Below are positions 10,388-20,366 of a stretch of DNA of 64,000 bases, in pieces. The notes beneath the pieces were generated by a model, which saw only the letters and a program-made list of their open reading frames with translations, did no database searches and was not told the DNA's origin. Each line of letters begins with the position of its first letter. Positions within the stretch are counted from its first letter, which is position 1. Position numbers and translations under genes: made by a program. Origin of the DNA: Candidatus Cloacimonadales bacterium (GTDB lineage Bacteria; Cloacimonadota; Cloacimonadia; Cloacimonadales; JAFGVF01); contig OY762964.1 of the NCBI GenBank assembly GCA_963667035.1, forward strand, positions 576,001-640,000, read 5' to 3'.

Positions 10388-10544
10388 GATACGGCATGTC
10401 TCCTGACTTGAAGTTTACCTCCGAGCTCCCTTCCCATCAGTTTAATGACAGTGGTATGAACTCTTTGTTCCTTCTTACAGTAGCGGGGGCTGTTCTCGAT
10501 TTTCACGAGATTCCATCTTAGCTCTTCATTAGAGAACCAGTATC
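10388..10544 (-). ncRNA. Cobalamin (B12) riboswitch
   Basis: Minus strand: GAUAC-UGGUUC...AAGAUGGAA-UCUCG-UGAAAAU-CGAGA-ACAGCCCCCGCUACUGUAA...CCACUG...GGGAAGG...AAGUCAGGAGACAUGCC-GUAUC. All canonical blocks are present, including the B12 box, with P1 GAUAC/GUAUC. Confidence 0.93.
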
Positions 10545-10656
10545 TTGTTTAATGATTATTTGCTTCAAAATGAGTCAAGAAAATCTTACTGCTTTCTTCA
10601 ATGTTTGCTCCATTAGTACAGGTAAGTTCCCATATTTCATTAATATACATTTCTTT

Positions 10657-10943
10657 GTAATATGTGCTCACATATTACCAGATACGCAAGGATCCTGCTC
10701 GCTATAAGACATGCCGGTAAAATGCTAGCGTACCCCGGTTTGTAGTGCAAGTGCCCTCACTTGCACATAGCTCGAAGAGCTATATTTTTTGCATACTTTG
10801 TCAGCACAGCAATTCAGGGGAGTCGCAGTACATCATACGAGTTTGCGAGTACAACGCAAAGCGATTACACCATGTTCCGATTGGAGTCGAACTCCCACCG
10901 GTCGTTTGGACTTGAGCTATAGACTATTACCTGTAGAACATCC
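10657..10943 (-). ncRNA. Candidate structured non-coding RNA, family not recognised
   Basis: About 47% GC by hand count over 10681-10940, within AT-rich intergenic DNA. Several perfect hairpins; G-U wobbles favour the minus strand. No credible ORF. Confidence 0.5.
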
Positions 10944-11128
10944 TTTTATATATATTAGCTCACAAAATCCTCATTTTAGTCACAACATCCCCTTTTTTTT
11001 ACATTTTGCATCTTTCATTTAGCATTTTCTCTTAATTTCTAATTCATATTCCTCTCTCTGCTCTAAGCAGTAACAATTGCTTTTAAATCAATTCTAACTT
11101 ATTAATAAATTAGTAATTTCTTGATAAT

Positions 11129-11227
11129 TAACCCAAGGATTACCCAAGGATTACCCAAGTGTTTCACAAGTATTTCACAGGAATTACTGCAGGGAGATGA
11201 AGGAGAAGTAAAGAAGAAGTAAGCAGG
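11129..11227. repeat. 11-bp-period degenerate tandem repeat
   Basis: Units: taacccaagga/ttacccaagga/ttacccaagtg/tttcacaagta/tttcacaggaa/ttactgcaggg/agatgaaggag/aagtaaagaag/aagtaagcagg. Confidence 0.75.
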
Positions 11228-11297
11228 TCGTGCATATTTCTTGACATACATGTTTCAGGGGTATACTAGTCGGTAAGAAATAATACAGGATGTGAGT

Positions 11298-13595
11298 ATG
11301 AAGTATTCTATAGCCATTGTTTTTGTGATGTTAATGAGTTTTCTATTAGCCGGTGTTGGAGTGAGAATTATACCGGATAGATACGAAGAGTTAACTGAGG
11401 AATTGGAGAGAGGAGATGTTGATTCTCTCCGATTTGAAGAAATTAAAGAGATTATGAGGAAGGATTTCCCGAATACAAAGACTTCATTTGAACTTGTTAG
11501 TAATGAATTCTACTCTCTAATTAATCCTATCTGGACAAATGACTCTCTGAATGTATCAGTTCTATCAGGTATGCTTGAAAAGTATCCTCGGAATAACCGG
11601 AGAAGGACAATTTACCAATATTACCTCTATTCATTAGCAAATCTACATAGGAATGAAGCTATTATGGATGCTCTTAAAAACTTTCGAAGAGCATTTAAGG
11701 ACGATTATATTAGTTGGTATTTGAGTGCCAGATATTACAGCTCTTTGGAAATAGACTCTCTGAAAGCATTAAGCTATGCAGAGAAAGCATATTTAAAAAG
11801 CAGAAACTATCCAAAGCTTAAGTTCTATCCAAAAATGGAATGGGAGTTAGAGAAACGTTCAGCTCCTGTTAAATCAGCAACGTTATATGCGAATCTGCTC
11901 TTGAAGAACGGTAATGATAAAGCAGCTAAAAGAGTGCTTAATGAAATAATAAAGAATAACGAGCTCGGTATTGAAGATGAAGAAACACTAGCCTCCTGTT
12001 ACTATATATATGCAAAGTACTATGATAAGATTGGTAAGCCTAAGAAGTCGGCAGAACAATCAGTGAAGGCTCTTGTTGCAGGAGATTTACGAAACAGTTA
12101 TGCTCCTTTGGCAGATTCACTTTTGAGAAAAACAGAAGGTATGACTAACAGCACGAATGAAGAGGTACTCGTTAAAGCTAGGGAGTTGGCAAAATATAAA
12201 GGTGTAACATTCAAAGATGCTACTTCGGAATTGGGTTTGAGTGATGTCTCGGCTGGAAGGGTCGCTTTAGCCGATTACAATCTGGACGGCTATGTAGATA
12301 TATTGCTAGACAACGGTCATCTGTACAAAAACAATAAGGGAATAGGTATTGAAGATGTAACTTCGGAAGCATTCAATGGTAGCTTCTCTTCTGGTGGTTC
12401 TGTTTGGGCGGATATGGATAATGACGGTGATTATGATATTGTTACAAAAGATCCAGAAGCTGTTTGGCTGAATAACAATGGAGTGTTCTCAAAACCGGAA
12501 AAGGATAACGGACTAAGTGATAACGGTATTTCGACTGAGGGGCTTGGTGTCGGTGATGTGAATGGAGATGGCTTGCCTGATATATATTATGCAAATTATG
12601 AAATTTGGACCGGAAGTAACTCCGAACCGTTCGCTGATCAGTATTATCAAAATATTGGGAATGGTAGATTCAAAGAAATGACTGCCGAAGCCGGTCTTTT
12701 GCCAGAAGATGGAAAACCCAGAGCCGGTAGGGGAGTGAACTTCGGTGATTTCGATAACGATGGAGATTTGGATATCTATGTTTCAAATTATAGACTTCAA
12801 GATAATTTCCTATGGCAGAACGATGGAACAGGCCACTTTACGGAAGTTTCGGAACTAAAGGGAGTGAAAGGAGATAAGGTCGACAATTGGTATGGTCATA
12901 CTATCGGTTCACAATGGGGAGATATTGATAATGACGGTGATTTGGATTTGATATGTGCTAATTTAGCTCATCCTCGTTATATAGATTTCTCTAACAAAAC
13001 AAGGGTATACATTAATAGCGGAGCTCCCGATTACACTTTCACGGATAGAAGAAAAGAGAAAGGTATTGTATACGAAGAAACTCACTCGGAACCTTTACTA
13101 GCTGATTTTGATAACAATGGCTATCTTGACCTGTATTTAACTTCTGTTTATGATGGAAGACGTTCATTCCTATACATGCAACAAGAAAACGGTACATATA
13201 TTGATAATGCTTATTTAGCCGGAGTGAGACATTTCAACGGATGGGGAAGTGCTTCAGCCGATTTTAACAATGACGGGAAAATGGATTTTATTGTTTGCGG
13301 AGGAAAGATTCAACTCTTTATCAATACTACCGAGATAAAGAATAATTGGTTAGAGATTGATGTTAAGCCAGGAGCTGAGAGAAATGTTATAGGAACCCGA
13401 ATATTATTTAAAGGCAAGCATGGTACTTATACAAGAGAAATTGAAGGTGGAAAAGGGACAACAAATCAGAGTAGTCTGGTCCAACATATCGGTTTAGGAA
13501 AAGAGAAGAAGGGAGAGTTGGTAATAACCTATCCCGACGGGCAGGTTGTGAAGAGGCAGATTGAAAAAGTTAATAGAAGAGTTGAGATAGAATAA
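11298..13595 (+). CDS. Secreted TPR-like + FG-GAP/VCBS repeat + ASPIC/UnbV (CRTAC1-like) protein
   Basis: Signal peptide, helical N-terminal half, repeated DxDNDGDxD motifs, C-terminal NNWLEI...QHIGLG...ITYPDG. Confidence 0.85.
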   Translation: MKYSIAIVFVMLMSFLLAGVGVRIIPDRYEELTEELERGDVDSLRFEEIKEIMRKDFPNTKTSFELVSNEFYSLINPIWTNDSLNVSVLSGMLEKYPRNNRRRTIYQYYLYSLANLHRNEAIMDALKNFRRAFKDDYISWYLSARYYSSLEIDSLKALSYAEKAYLKSRNYPKLKFYPKMEWELEKRSAPVKSATLYANLLLKNGNDKAAKRVLNEIIKNNELGIEDEETLASCYYIYAKYYDKIGKPKKSAEQSVKALVAGDLRNSYAPLADSLLRKTEGMTNSTNEEVLVKARELAKYKGVTFKDATSELGLSDVSAGRVALADYNLDGYVDILLDNGHLYKNNKGIGIEDVTSEAFNGSFSSGGSVWADMDNDGDYDIVTKDPEAVWLNNNGVFSKPEKDNGLSDNGISTEGLGVGDVNGDGLPDIYYANYEIWTGSNSEPFADQYYQNIGNGRFKEMTAEAGLLPEDGKPRAGRGVNFGDFDNDGDLDIYVSNYRLQDNFLWQNDGTGHFTEVSELKGVKGDKVDNWYGHTIGSQWGDIDNDGDLDLICANLAHPRYIDFSNKTRVYINSGAPDYTFTDRRKEKGIVYEETHSEPLLADFDNNGYLDLYLTSVYDGRRSFLYMQQENGTYIDNAYLAGVRHFNGWGSASADFNNDGKMDFIVCGGKIQLFINTTEIKNNWLEIDVKPGAERNVIGTRILFKGKHGTYTREIEGGKGTTNQSSLVQHIGLGKEKKGELVITYPDGQVVKRQIEKVNRRVEIE

Positions 13596-13612
13596 AACAT
13601 TTAGATATATAG

Positions 13613-13643
13613 AAAGGTAGCGGACTAATCGTCGGCTACCTTT
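13613..13643. terminator. Hairpin between convergent genes (probable bidirectional terminator)
   Basis: aaaggtagcggac-taatc-gtcggctaccttt. Confidence 0.7.
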
Positions 13644-13665
13644 ACTTCTATATTATATTTTTAAA

Positions 13666-14271
13666 TTACAGTTTCCAATGTTTCACAATAGAATCAATAG
13701 AATGTTGTGCATTTTGAATTGATTCATCTAACAGTGTTGGATTAGCTGTTGCAGCGTGAACGAAGTTGCGTTCTTTGATACCAATATAGTCCAACAGTAT
13801 CTTGTATAGAGTTACCACATTGTTCAGATACTCATAATCAGAGCCTTTTGGATAGTTACCGCCACTTGTATAGATGATTATAGCTTTCTTATCACCCAAA
13901 AGTCCGTGAGTTGGATTTCCATAAGTAAAAGTTTCACCATTAAGAATGATAGAGTCCATGAACTGTTTAACCAATCCCGGAAGCGAGAAGTTATGCATTG
14001 GATGAACAAACACAATCAAGTCAGCAGCTTTCATTTTAGCAGCAAGAGCTTTGAAAGGAACCATAAGCAATTCTGATTTTGAATCACCCATACCCATATT
14101 AATTCTATTATTGGCATTTATAGTCTCAGGATTGAAAATAGGAAGCTTGGTCTCAAGCAAATCCAATTCTTCAATTTCATGCTTTCCTATCTTATTGAGA
14201 AAGTGTTTATATAGTTTCAGAGTGTTCGAGTTTTCCCCGGAAGGTAGATATTTTACAACTAATAACTTCAT
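13666..14271 (-). CDS. azoR: FMN-dependent NADH-azoreductase (flavodoxin-2 fold)
   Basis: PMHNFSLP, KQFMDSI, GETFTY, GLL, TSGGNY. Confidence 0.8.
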   Translation of the reverse strand: MKLLVVKYLPSGENSNTLKLYKHFLNKIGKHEIEELDLLETKLPIFNPETINANNRINMGMGDSKSELLMVPFKALAAKMKAADLIVFVHPMHNFSLPGLVKQFMDSIILNGETFTYGNPTHGLLGDKKAIIIYTSGGNYPKGSDYEYLNNVVTLYKILLDYIGIKERNFVHAATANPTLLDESIQNAQHSIDSIVKHWKL

Positions 14272-14447
14272 TTTTATAATCTCCTGTCATTTTTGTATGA
14301 CAATATAAACTGTTTTTGGGAATACACAAAAAACTCTCTTGCTTTATTAGGCTTTAATTTATTCTTTACTAAGTAATACTTAATTATTATCATTGAAGAA
14401 TTGACAGACATGTGACAGGAATAATAATTAGTCATGGAGCTGATGAA

Positions 14448-14927
14448 ATGAGATGGTCGAATAAAACGATGTTATTACTAGTATTAATAGTTACGATAGT
14501 GAATAGGCTAGCATCTGAAACTTACTATTTTTATAAAGAACCTACTATAAGTAGTAACTCTGTAAAACAAGGTGAAAGAAACTTTGACTTAAAAGCTATC
14601 ACCGATAGTTTTAAAGGTAATGCTTATTCCCAATATTTGGGATTAGATACACTCTTTGCTGAAGACTCTATGTTTTGGGGATATTATCAAGACAGTTATG
14701 ATTTGTTTAAAAAGTATTACTTGGATGATATATATAAAACTACTTTACCGATGAATATAACGATAAGAGTAAATTTAAGCGGTTATGTACAAGATAACCA
14801 TTTTATGTATTTTAGTATGCCACTGGATTTGGAGACTAATCCGGTTATAAGCAATGGTATTAAGTATTTTAGGGATATCTTTCTACCTAATTACAGAAGT
14901 AGTAGCAGTAAATTAAGAGGAAATTGA
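14448..14927 (+). CDS. Hypothetical exported protein
   Basis: ATG 14448 after GGAG; N-terminal hydrophobic signal; stop overlaps the uvrB ATG. Confidence 0.6.
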   Translation: MRWSNKTMLLLVLIVTIVNRLASETYYFYKEPTISSNSVKQGERNFDLKAITDSFKGNAYSQYLGLDTLFAEDSMFWGYYQDSYDLFKKYYLDDIYKTTLPMNITIRVNLSGYVQDNHFMYFSMPLDLETNPVISNGIKYFRDIFLPNYRSSSSKLRGN

Positions 14928-16939
14928 TGGATAGATTTAAACTAACCTCTGAATACAAGCCCATGGGAGATCAACCGGAAGCTATAAATGAGCTTTCTGT
15001 TGGGATATTGGAAGGACGTAAACATCAGGTACTTCTTGGAGCGACAGGCTCGGGTAAGACCTTCACAATTGCTAATGTGATTCAAAAAGTTAACAAACCT
15101 ACTCTTGTGTTATCTCACAACAAGACGCTTGCTGCTCAGCTCTATGGAGAGTTAAAGCAACTATTCCCCGAGAATGCCGTAGAATTCTTTATAAGTTACT
15201 ACGATTACTATCAGCCGGAAGCTTATATACCGGGGAAGGACATATACATAGAAAAGGATGCTGATATTAATGACCAGATAGAGATGTTGAGATTGAGAAC
15301 AACTATGTCTTTAATGGAAAGACAAGATGTGATTGTTGTTGCCAGTGTCTCATGTATATATGGTTTGGGAGTTCCTGAAGAATATAGGGAAGCATTTGTT
15401 GAAATAAAAGTCGGTGATGAGATTGATAGAGATAAGCTATTGGAGAAACTTGTTAATGCTCATTACGGAAGAAACGATGTTGCTTTCCAAAGAGGTGCTT
15501 TCAGAGTAAAAGGTGATATAGTCGACATATATCCGGCTTACTTGGAGCAAAGCGTGAGAGTAGAATTTTTTGGGGATGAGATTGTGAATTTGAAGAAGAT
15601 TAATCCCATTAATAATAAAGTGCTGGAGAATGTGGACTCATACCCTATTTATCCTGCTAACCACTATGTGATGGGGAGTGACAGATCAAAGCAGGCAATA
15701 CGATCGATAGAATCTGAACTTGAGCAGAGAGTTAAATTCTTCCATGATAGGGATATGTTCGTTGAAGGACAAAGAATTCATCAAAGAACTAAATATGACC
15801 TCGAGATGTTAAAAGAGATTGGGTATTGCTCGGGGATTGAGAATTATGCCAGACATATTAGCGGAACAGAACCCGGAGCAACTCCATACTGTCTTTTAGA
15901 CTACTTTCCTAAAGATTTTCTCATGGTTATTGATGAATCGCATGTTACAGTTTCTCAAGTTAGAGCAATGTATGCTGGGGATTATTCAAGAAAAAAGAAT
16001 CTGGTGGACTACGGATTTAGATTACCATCTGCCTTCGATAACAGACCACTTAAATTTGATGAGTTTGAAGAACATATACATCAGGTAGTCTTTATGTCTG
16101 CAACTCCCGGGGATTATGAATTGGATAAAACAAAAGGCGTGATTGTTGAACAGGTAATCAGACCTACAGGTCTGGTAGACCCCGAAGTAGATATCAGACC
16201 GGTTGATACTCAGGTTGACGATATACTCGGAGAGATCAATCTGATGGTTAAGAGAGGACATAAATCACTTATAACCACTCTTACAAAGAGAATGTCGGAA
16301 GATCTCACTACCTATTTACAGAACGCAGGGATTAAAGTTGCTTATCTTCATAGTGAAATCGATACATTCGGAAGAGCCAAAGTAATCAGAGACCTTAGAC
16401 TTGGTAACATTGACGTTATTGTAGGTGTTAACCTGTTAAGAGAAGGTTTGGATATGCCGGAAGTAGCATTGGTCGCTATACTGGATGCAGATAAAACCGG
16501 ATTCTTAAGGTCAACAAGGTCAATTATCCAAACATCAGGTAGAGCTGCCAGAAATGTAGACGGTAAAGTAATTTTGTATGCAGACACCATGACAGATGCC
16601 ATTAAAGCTGCTGTCGGTGAAATGAATCGTCGTCGGGATAAACAATTGGCATACAATGAAAGAATGGGGATTAAACCTGAGACGGTTTATAAAACTGTGG
16701 AGCAGATTATGCAATCTACTGAGGTTGCCGAGGGTTATAGCAAATACGATAAATCGGATAAAGATAAAAAAGAGAACAAGGCCGATGAACTTAACATGAT
16801 TAATAATTCCGAGTCATTGTTGGAAATGTTAAAAAGTGAGATGAAGAAAGCAGCCTCTAATCTCGACTTTGAACTTGCAGCATCTTTAAGAGATAGAATC
16901 TGGGAACTTGAAAGTTTGCAAGAGCAAAAAGAAAAATAA
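14927..16939 (+). CDS. uvrB: Excinuclease ABC subunit B
   Basis: GATGSGKT, SYYDYYQPEAY, IDESH, LREGLD, C-terminal UVR domain FELAASLRD. Confidence 0.98.
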   Translation: MDRFKLTSEYKPMGDQPEAINELSVGILEGRKHQVLLGATGSGKTFTIANVIQKVNKPTLVLSHNKTLAAQLYGELKQLFPENAVEFFISYYDYYQPEAYIPGKDIYIEKDADINDQIEMLRLRTTMSLMERQDVIVVASVSCIYGLGVPEEYREAFVEIKVGDEIDRDKLLEKLVNAHYGRNDVAFQRGAFRVKGDIVDIYPAYLEQSVRVEFFGDEIVNLKKINPINNKVLENVDSYPIYPANHYVMGSDRSKQAIRSIESELEQRVKFFHDRDMFVEGQRIHQRTKYDLEMLKEIGYCSGIENYARHISGTEPGATPYCLLDYFPKDFLMVIDESHVTVSQVRAMYAGDYSRKKNLVDYGFRLPSAFDNRPLKFDEFEEHIHQVVFMSATPGDYELDKTKGVIVEQVIRPTGLVDPEVDIRPVDTQVDDILGEINLMVKRGHKSLITTLTKRMSEDLTTYLQNAGIKVAYLHSEIDTFGRAKVIRDLRLGNIDVIVGVNLLREGLDMPEVALVAILDADKTGFLRSTRSIIQTSGRAARNVDGKVILYADTMTDAIKAAVGEMNRRRDKQLAYNERMGIKPETVYKTVEQIMQSTEVAEGYSKYDKSDKDKKENKADELNMINNSESLLEMLKSEMKKAASNLDFELAASLRDRIWELESLQEQKEK

Positions 16940-17163
16940 CGACAAATAAAACTAAAAGTTAATGGGTGTTCAATTGCAAGAGAATGTTAAGATCTCCCTT
17001 GGCTATCGCTAGCCTGTTTGTTAAAAAATGAGAGTTTAAACTAAAGCAAATTGACTAAATAATTACATAACCATCATATTCTCTATTGCTTAAATAAATT
17101 AATACCTTTGACAGTTCGTGCCTATGCAAAAACATGACACCAAATAAATTACTAAGGAAAAAG

Positions 17164-18768
17164 ATGACAAAATTTACTGACATGGCCTTGCCCGAACAGT
17201 TAATTCATGCTGTTACTGATTTAAACTTTATTACTCCGACCGAGATTCAACAAAAGGCAATTCCATGGCTTTTAGAGAATAAGACCGATTTGATTGCTCT
17301 ATCACAGACAGGAACAGGTAAGACTGCTGCTTTCGGATTACCTCTTTTGGCTCGAGTTGAACCAAGAAACAAAAGTGTCCAAGCATTAATCCTCTGTCCT
17401 ACAAGAGAGCTTTGTATGCAGATTACCAAAGACCTGGAAAACTATGGAAAATATACTAAAGATATAAAAATATGTGCTGTTTACGGAGGAGCTTCTATAA
17501 TACGCCAGAAAGAACAACTTAAAAAAGGTGTGCATATTGTGGTAGGAACTCCCGGACGTGTTTTTGATATGCTAAGACAAAAGGCTTTAAAGCTGGGTGG
17601 ACTTGAGACATTAATACTTGATGAAGCTGATGAAATGCTTAACATGGGTTTCAAAGAAGAGTTATTCAGCATTATGGAGTTTACTCCGGAGGAAAAGCAA
17701 TCTGTGCTTTTCTCTGCAACAATGCCTAATGAAGTTGTGAGACTTGCAAGAGAATTCATGCAAGACGCACATAGAATAGAAGCAAGTCCTCAGATTAAAG
17801 GTGCTGAGAATATAAAGCATTATTACTATAAAGTTCATGCGAAAGATAAATATAAAGCACTTAAGAGAATTGCTGATATAAATCCGGACATTTATGGTAT
17901 TGTTTTTTGTAAAACTCGTAAAGAGACTCAAGAAATTGCTGATAAGCTTCAACATGACGGTTACAATGCCGATGCTATCCATGGTGATTTATCTCAAGCT
18001 CAGAGAGAATATGTCATGAATAGATTCCATAGCAGACACATTCAATTACTTGTAGCAACTGATGTAGCTGCAAGAGGTATTGATGTGGATGATTTAACTC
18101 ATATAATCAACTATCATCCTCCGATGGAAGCCGATATTTATATACATCGTTCAGGTAGAACTGGAAGAGCCGGTAAAAGTGGTGTGTCTGTTACAATTAT
18201 TCATAGTCGTGAAATGGGACAGATGAAAGCTATTCAACGTAGACTTGGTCGAGAAATTGAATGGTTGCATGTTCCAACCGGAAAAGAGGTTTGTGAGAAG
18301 CAATTGTTTAATCTGGTAGATAAAATTCAACAATTTGAGGTTGATGAAGAACAGATTGAGCCGTTTGTCGATGTAGTTTATAAAAAACTCGGATGGTTGA
18401 GTAGAGAAGACTTGATTAAGAAATTTATTTCTGTTGAATTTGATAGATTCCTTCAATATTATAAAGATGCGGAGGATATTGACTATGAAGTTACTCCTAG
18501 ATTTGAGCGAAATAGATCAGGAGTTGAATTCAAGAAATTCCAACTAAATATCGGGTCTATCGATGGACTCACAAAGAAGAATTTCTTAGGTTTCATTAAT
18601 CGTATGAAGATAACAAATTCTATTGAAGTTGGACAAATTGATATTTTTAATAAGAAGACGATTGTAGAATTGGATGCCAATTTCGAGGGAAAAATCTTGA
18701 AAGTGCTCAATACAAGACAGTTCAATCGTCGTCCTATAGTTGCAAAGGTATTTAAAGGGAGAAAATGA
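17164..18768 (+). CDS. DEAD-box RNA helicase (DeaD/CshA-like with C-terminal DbpA-type RNA-binding domain)
   Basis: Q motif, TGTGKT, PTREL, DEAD, SAT, HRSGRTGR. Confidence 0.95.
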   Translation: MTKFTDMALPEQLIHAVTDLNFITPTEIQQKAIPWLLENKTDLIALSQTGTGKTAAFGLPLLARVEPRNKSVQALILCPTRELCMQITKDLENYGKYTKDIKICAVYGGASIIRQKEQLKKGVHIVVGTPGRVFDMLRQKALKLGGLETLILDEADEMLNMGFKEELFSIMEFTPEEKQSVLFSATMPNEVVRLAREFMQDAHRIEASPQIKGAENIKHYYYKVHAKDKYKALKRIADINPDIYGIVFCKTRKETQEIADKLQHDGYNADAIHGDLSQAQREYVMNRFHSRHIQLLVATDVAARGIDVDDLTHIINYHPPMEADIYIHRSGRTGRAGKSGVSVTIIHSREMGQMKAIQRRLGREIEWLHVPTGKEVCEKQLFNLVDKIQQFEVDEEQIEPFVDVVYKKLGWLSREDLIKKFISVEFDRFLQYYKDAEDIDYEVTPRFERNRSGVEFKKFQLNIGSIDGLTKKNFLGFINRMKITNSIEVGQIDIFNKKTIVELDANFEGKILKVLNTRQFNRRPIVAKVFKGRK

Positions 18769-20156
18769 ACCCCAAACATAGACCCGGCGGAATAGCAGAA
18801 ATGCTGGCTATTGCTCTTCCCATGGTTATTTCCATGGCATGCGACGGAGTAATGGTTTTTACCGATAGACTCTTTTTAGCGAGTCTAAGTCCGGTACATA
18901 TGAATGCAGCAATGGGTGGTGGTGTTATGATTTCCACTTTTACATTGTTCTTCGTAGGCTTAACCGGATATTCTACCGCATTAGTCGCTCAATATCTTGG
19001 AGCGGGATTGAAGAAAAAATCAGCGAATGTGACTTTTCAAGCCATTATCATCTCTTTGCTTTCTTTCCCCGTTTTTGTTCTGGTAAGACCCTTGGCAGGA
19101 TTGCTCTTCAGTTTGATGAAGATTCCTCCTGAACAGCTTGTTTTACAGAATCAATATTTTAATATCCTGATTCTGGGGTCAGTATTTGCAATCCTTAGAA
19201 ACAGCTTCAGCTGTTTCTTTTCAGGGATTGGTAAAACCAAATACGTTATGATTTCGGCAATTGGAGCCATGGTCGTTAATGTAATAGCAAATTATTGCCT
19301 GATATTTGGCAAATTTGGAGCACCTGCCTTAGGTATTAGAGGTGCAGCTATCGGTACAATCATAGGTAGTATTTTTGGTATGATCCTATTGATGTTTGCA
19401 TATTTCTCAAAGAATAATAGAGAAGAATACAATGTTATGGCATCCTCTAAGTTTAATATGGATATGATGAAGAAACTTCTTTATTACGGATCTCCTCAAG
19501 GTTTTGAAAGCTTATTGAATATGCTTGCCTTCTCAATTATGGTTTACATATTTTATGCTCAAGGTAATGTCGTTGCAACTGCAACAACCGTGATGTTTAA
19601 CTGGGACTACGTCTCATTTATTCCGCTTATTGGAGTTGAAATTGGTGTAACAAGTCTGGTAGGGAGATACATGGGAGCTGGCGATCCTGATACAGCACAT
19701 AAAGCTACAATGTCTGGGATAAAAACAGGTTTCCTGTATTCTGCGTTGTGTTTCCTTCTATTCTTCCTGATTCCTGAACCACTCGTGAGAATGTTTAAAC
19801 CGAATGAAACTGTTGAGATTTTTGAACAAGCAGTACCAATAGCTGTTATGATGCTCAGAATTGCTACTCTATATATTTTAGCTGAATCAGTTATGATAAG
19901 CTTTGTAGGGGCTTTAAGAGGAGCAGGAGATACTTACTGGGCGATGCGTTCATCAGTGATTTTACACTGGTTGTTTGTACCGATTATTTGGGTGTCTTTC
20001 AATGTTTTCCATTTCTCAGCAATCACTGGTTGGATTATCCTGGTATCATTTATACTTATATTCTGCCTTGTCTTCGCCTGGAGATACTATAAGGGAAAAT
20101 GGCGAACCTTAAAAGTTATCGAAACTCCGGGAGTTGATTTTCCCGAATATTTATAA
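18765..20156 (+). CDS. MATE family efflux transporter
   Basis: About 12 TM helices; AQYLGAG, GIRGAAIGT, GALRGAGDT. Confidence 0.92.
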   Translation: MNPKHRPGGIAEMLAIALPMVISMACDGVMVFTDRLFLASLSPVHMNAAMGGGVMISTFTLFFVGLTGYSTALVAQYLGAGLKKKSANVTFQAIIISLLSFPVFVLVRPLAGLLFSLMKIPPEQLVLQNQYFNILILGSVFAILRNSFSCFFSGIGKTKYVMISAIGAMVVNVIANYCLIFGKFGAPALGIRGAAIGTIIGSIFGMILLMFAYFSKNNREEYNVMASSKFNMDMMKKLLYYGSPQGFESLLNMLAFSIMVYIFYAQGNVVATATTVMFNWDYVSFIPLIGVEIGVTSLVGRYMGAGDPDTAHKATMSGIKTGFLYSALCFLLFFLIPEPLVRMFKPNETVEIFEQAVPIAVMMLRIATLYILAESVMISFVGALRGAGDTYWAMRSSVILHWLFVPIIWVSFNVFHFSAITGWIILVSFILIFCLVFAWRYYKGKWRTLKVIETPGVDFPEYL

Positions 20157-20161
20157 AGATT

Positions 20162-20192
20162 AAAAGTGACTCGGAATTGAGTCACTTTTTTT
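20162..20192 (+). terminator. Rho-independent terminator
   Basis: aaaagtgactc-ggaatt-gagtcactttt followed by a T run. Confidence 0.85.
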
Positions 20193-20366
20193 ATGAATGG
20201 GCTATTGATGCATAAATAGAACTCTTCTCACAATAGAAACATATTCAAATCATTATTCATGCAAGTAAGATAACAAAGAATAATAGTTAAAAGTAAAAAC
20301 TTTAATTGACTTAATTAGTAATCTTTCATATCTTTGATATTAATCAATGGAGGATAACTATTTATT

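Noticed and set aside
10585..10632. Weak inverted similarity to the 11129-11227 repeat
   Set aside because: Too degenerate to distinguish from low-complexity chance
10836..10866. c-di-GMP-I riboswitch suggested by ACGCAAAGC
   Set aside because: The upstream GCAAA/GNRA P2 element and downstream CUAA are missing
10870..10943. tRNA or tmRNA suggested by GGAGTTCGACTCC (minus strand)
   Set aside because: No cloverleaf, D-arm, anticodon arm or CCA end, and no tmRNA GGGG...GAC 5' end
10789..11022. 77-aa ORF on the plus strand
   Set aside because: TTG start without an RBS and no motif; it overlaps the structured GC-rich element, which is better explained as non-coding
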